Origin: a virus
Length of the DNA stretch: 64,000 bases
Reading direction: 5' to 3' (one strand)
Virus record (IMG/VR): IMGVR_UViG_3300023196_003249
Span: 1 to 64,000 of that record
This document shows, in pieces, positions 62,026 to 64,000 of this stretch. Under the pieces are notes generated by a model that was not told the origin of the DNA, ran no database searches, and saw only the letters and a list, made by a program, of their open reading frames with translations. Within the stretch, counting starts at the first letter, position 1, and each line of letters starts with the position of its first letter. The translations under genes and the position numbers were made by a program.

Positions 62026-62068
62026 CAAAGTTATAACAAATTCTTCACAATACCTAATATATTGTGAA
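62026..62068 (-). promoter_or_regulatory. hairpin-promoter (inverted copy of 47200-47242): TTCACAAT..ATTGTGAA .. TAacTTTG on minus strand
   Basis: Fires leftward, antisense to the candidate sRNA. Confidence 0.5.
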
Positions 62069-62130
62069 CTATTTTTTTTTAATTATTTTCACTTTTTATT
62101 TGGTGGTCTCGATAATTAGCCCTACCTTTG

Positions 62131-62220
62131 TAATACGATTCGGGGTGAACGCACCTCGGACATATCGCTGTGCCCGAAATTTCGAGGCCATACAGTGTAC
62201 ACCCGCTTGTCCTTGTTTTT
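62131..62220 (+). ncRNA. candidate structured RNA downstream of TTTG-N21-TAccTTTG (62098-62130)
   Basis: GC-rich segment with GGGTG/CACCC and CCTCG/CGAGG pairings and a T5 end. No ORF. Confidence 0.2.
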
Positions 62221-62630
62221 AATTAAACAAATTGGGCATCGGGATAAAACTGCCTAATTTTGAAAATAGGGTAGCGTATACGTGTGTCCAAAATTTTGAA
62301 GCACCCAGAAATTCACATGCCTAAATTCACCTGGCACCGTGATAGATGAATAGTACCTGGTAGTAACGAATCGAGCCGCTCGAAGGGTCCTAAAAAATCG
62401 GCCGAAAATTTTAGATTTTTAGTGAATGGGTCGCTCCGAAATAATCTGTGACGGAATTTCCTATGGGTCAAATGTGGGTCAAAGTGGCTTTTTGTGGTAA
62501 AACGTGGGATTTGCCCTATACATCGAAATAACCAAAGCGTGTCGTTCCCTGTGAGAAAAGATACATCAGATACCCTTTAGGACTCATTTTAAGCCTCTTT
62601 AGCACCATTTCAGAGGCTATTATATGTCCA

Positions 62631-62644
62631 TACACAAATGTGTA
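62631..62644 (+). promoter_or_regulatory. ACACAAATGTGT box
   Basis: Copy 9. First of three boxes spaced 62-63 bp apart. Confidence 0.5.
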
Positions 62645-62692
62645 TAGAAAGTGTCTTAGAGGGGGTGTGTGTGGGTTGTTTGTTTATGTCGG

Positions 62693-62706
62693 TACACAAA
62701 AGTGTA
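62693..62706 (+). promoter_or_regulatory. ACACAAAAGTGT variant box
   Basis: Copy 10. Confidence 0.4.
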
Positions 62707-62707
62707 T

Positions 62708-63370
62708 CTATGGTATGTATGTGTTGTGCATTACCATGCGTCTATCAGAATCAAGACACAAATGTGTACTGTATCTATATGTTAATAATTTTGTATATGG
62801 GAAAGGAATGTTCATTGATTTATTCCAATAGTTACCATCAGAGTCTTCGTATTGTATTCCTGGAATATATTTAAAAAAATTATTATCTGAGTCTATGTAA
62901 TTTGTATATTGTTTTATATTTTCGTCATAGGTATATTTGAAATGTATACCATTAGAGTCATTGTATTCTAGCGCATCTATTTTGTTAATCATATTAATAT
63001 TTTCTCCCCACGGATTATGTTCATTGATATCTCTTGAATGATGTTTGATATTGAACCATGGACCTTTATTGGATTTATATGTTTGTATTGTTTTAGCTGT
63101 TACGAATCCTTTGTTGTGATGAATTTGGTGAGTCATATCAATAATAGAGTTGTTATTGTCTATATATCTAGTGCATAGGTTATCTTCATCTCTTGTGAAT
63201 ACTTTCCATTGACCGTTAGAGTCTTCGGTTCTCATTTGATATCCATCGCTATTATATACGTTTCTTAGCCAATAGTCATTTTTGGTTTGATATACTATAT
63301 TACCACGTTCATCTCTAACGGTATATTCGTCATTTGATATAAATTCGTTATCTGCTACTATTCTTGCCAT
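62708..63370 (-). CDS. Y-[DN]-x-x-G repeat protein (YD/RHS-like or MORN-like short beta-hairpin repeats)
   Basis: YNSDGY, EDSNGQW, YNDSNG, YEDSDGNYWNKSMNIPFPY. The C-terminal ~30 codons run through the box cluster and may be fortuitous. Confidence 0.5.
   Translation of the reverse strand: MARIVADNEFISNDEYTVRDERGNIVYQTKNDYWLRNVYNSDGYQMRTEDSNGQWKVFTRDEDNLCTRYIDNNNSIIDMTHQIHHNKGFVTAKTIQTYKSNKGPWFNIKHHSRDINEHNPWGENINMINKIDALEYNDSNGIHFKYTYDENIKQYTNYIDSDNNFFKYIPGIQYEDSDGNYWNKSMNIPFPYTKLLTYRYSTHLCLDSDRRMVMHNTYIP
62756..62767 (+). promoter_or_regulatory. ACACAAATGTGT box
   Basis: Copy 11. Confidence 0.5.
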
Positions 63371-63615
63371 TTGTGTTGATTAGATACCATTCCCATTGTT
63401 TTTACGTAAGGTATTGGTATGTTCATATCTTTAGTCCAATAGTTACCATCAGAGTCTTCGTATTTCATTACTTTATTATTTTTATCATATTTTACTTTAA
63501 CCCACATTTCCATGTCTTGATAGAAAGTTACATTATTATCATTGTATGTTCTTTCTCTCCAAGTTCCATCCATGAATGTTGTTGTGGTTATATTGCCTAT
63601 GCGTGTATGAGTCAT
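63358..63615 (-). CDS. Y-[DN]-x-x-G repeat protein (paralog)
   Basis: Ends YEDSDGNYWTKDMNIPIPY.. Confidence 0.5.
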   Translation of the reverse strand: MTHTRIGNITTTTFMDGTWRERTYNDNNVTFYQDMEMWVKVKYDKNNKVMKYEDSDGNYWTKDMNIPIPYVKTMGMVSNQHKWQE

Positions 63616-63619
63616 GTTT

Positions 63620-64000
63620 TTATATGTTTAGTTTGAATACGTTGTACATGATATCAATATAGGGGTTTGTTATGTTCATTGATTGATTCCAGAAGTTACC
63701 ATCTATATCTTCATATGCTATAATATTTCCATATTTATCGTAATCTACTTTAATCCATCCGTTATTATTTTTATAGTATATTATATTATCATATTCACCA
63801 TATTTAATTTCAGATACTATCCCTTCATAGTTTTCGACAATGGTTCTATATCCTTTGTCATTGAATGATGTTTTTTCCCAGTTACCGTTATGGTCAATTG
63901 AGTGAATTATTTGTCCTTGTTTGTTATAGGTAAATTCTTGCCATCCACCGCTATCGTATTCGACTCTTGTTTTATTTCCTTTACGTGTTATAGTTTGTCC
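63620..64000 (-). CDS. Y-[DN]-x-x-G repeat protein (paralog; 5' end beyond window)
   Basis: My translation is open across 127 codons: ..VEYDSGGWQEFTYNKQGQIIHSIDHNGNWEKTSFNDKGY..YEDIDGNFWNQSMNITNPY.. Stop at 63622-63620. Confidence 0.5.
   Translation of the reverse strand, partial: GQTITRKGNKTRVEYDSGGWQEFTYNKQGQIIHSIDHNGNWEKTSFNDKGYRTIVENYEGIVSEIKYGEYDNIIYYKNNNGWIKVDYDKYGNIIAYEDIDGNFWNQSMNITNPYIDIMYNVFKLNI

Noticed and set aside
62638-62874. Plus-strand ORFs 62638..62874 and 62640..62831
   Set aside because: The Cys/Val/Tyr-rich translation comes from GT-rich repeats that include the ACACAAATGTGT boxes. They overlap the minus-strand repeat-protein gene.

Overview
AT-rich (about one-third GC by eye) and gene-dense, with ORFs in long same-strand blocks. 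I found no rRNA, tRNA or CRISPR array. This is a segment of a tailed-phage genome. The left end (minus strand) carries a T4-like head module: TerL, a gp20-like portal, a gp21-like prohead protease, a very acidic scaffold and the N-terminus of a gp23-like capsid protein. Strand blocks are minus 1-15935, plus 16046-22121, mostly minus 22110-36457, plus 36667-52299 and minus 52472-64000. Recognisable accessory genes: thymidylate synthase, a ClpC-type AAA+ unfoldase with a coupled zinc-finger ORF, a RelA/SpoT-type HD hydrolase, an ABC-like ATPase plus GNAT pair, a GIY-YIG homing endonuclease, a DUF458/YkuK-like protein, an LRR protein, thioredoxin, a PD-(D/E)XK nuclease, an SprT-like protease, a C5 cytosine methyltransferase, an HNH endonuclease, a ParB-like protein and a lysozyme-like protein. 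Most other ORFs are small and unassignable. The promoter grammar (TTG-N19-21-TAnnTTTG, no Shine-Dalgarno) points to a Bacteroidota-type host. Main leads: (1) two A10 runs carrying dnaX-type slippery heptamers, each placing the next ORF in the -1 frame, plus a third -1 junction between the ATPase and GNAT ORFs; these are either recoding or homopolymer miscalls. (2) Dispersed regulatory cassettes: a CTATCA/TGGTAG hairpin fused to a promoter (9 copies), a GAGAGTGGG hairpin cassette (3 copies), an oriented ACACAAATGTGT box (11 copies), a TTAGGTTA promoter subclass, and a late-like ATATTTATTAATAAA motif. (3) GC-rich ORF-free islands in an AT-rich genome: a G-quadruplex-like element at about 35.45 kb, a 500-bp GGTCCT/CCTGA/CCGG-packed island at 40.1-40.6 kb, and a roughly 1-kb ORF-free region at 61.7-62.7 kb with promoters and a duplicated 35-nt core. 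(4) A homing endonuclease whose ORF ends with a recoded duplicate of the neighbouring gene's C-terminus. All family calls come from motif recognition by eye; no database search was run.
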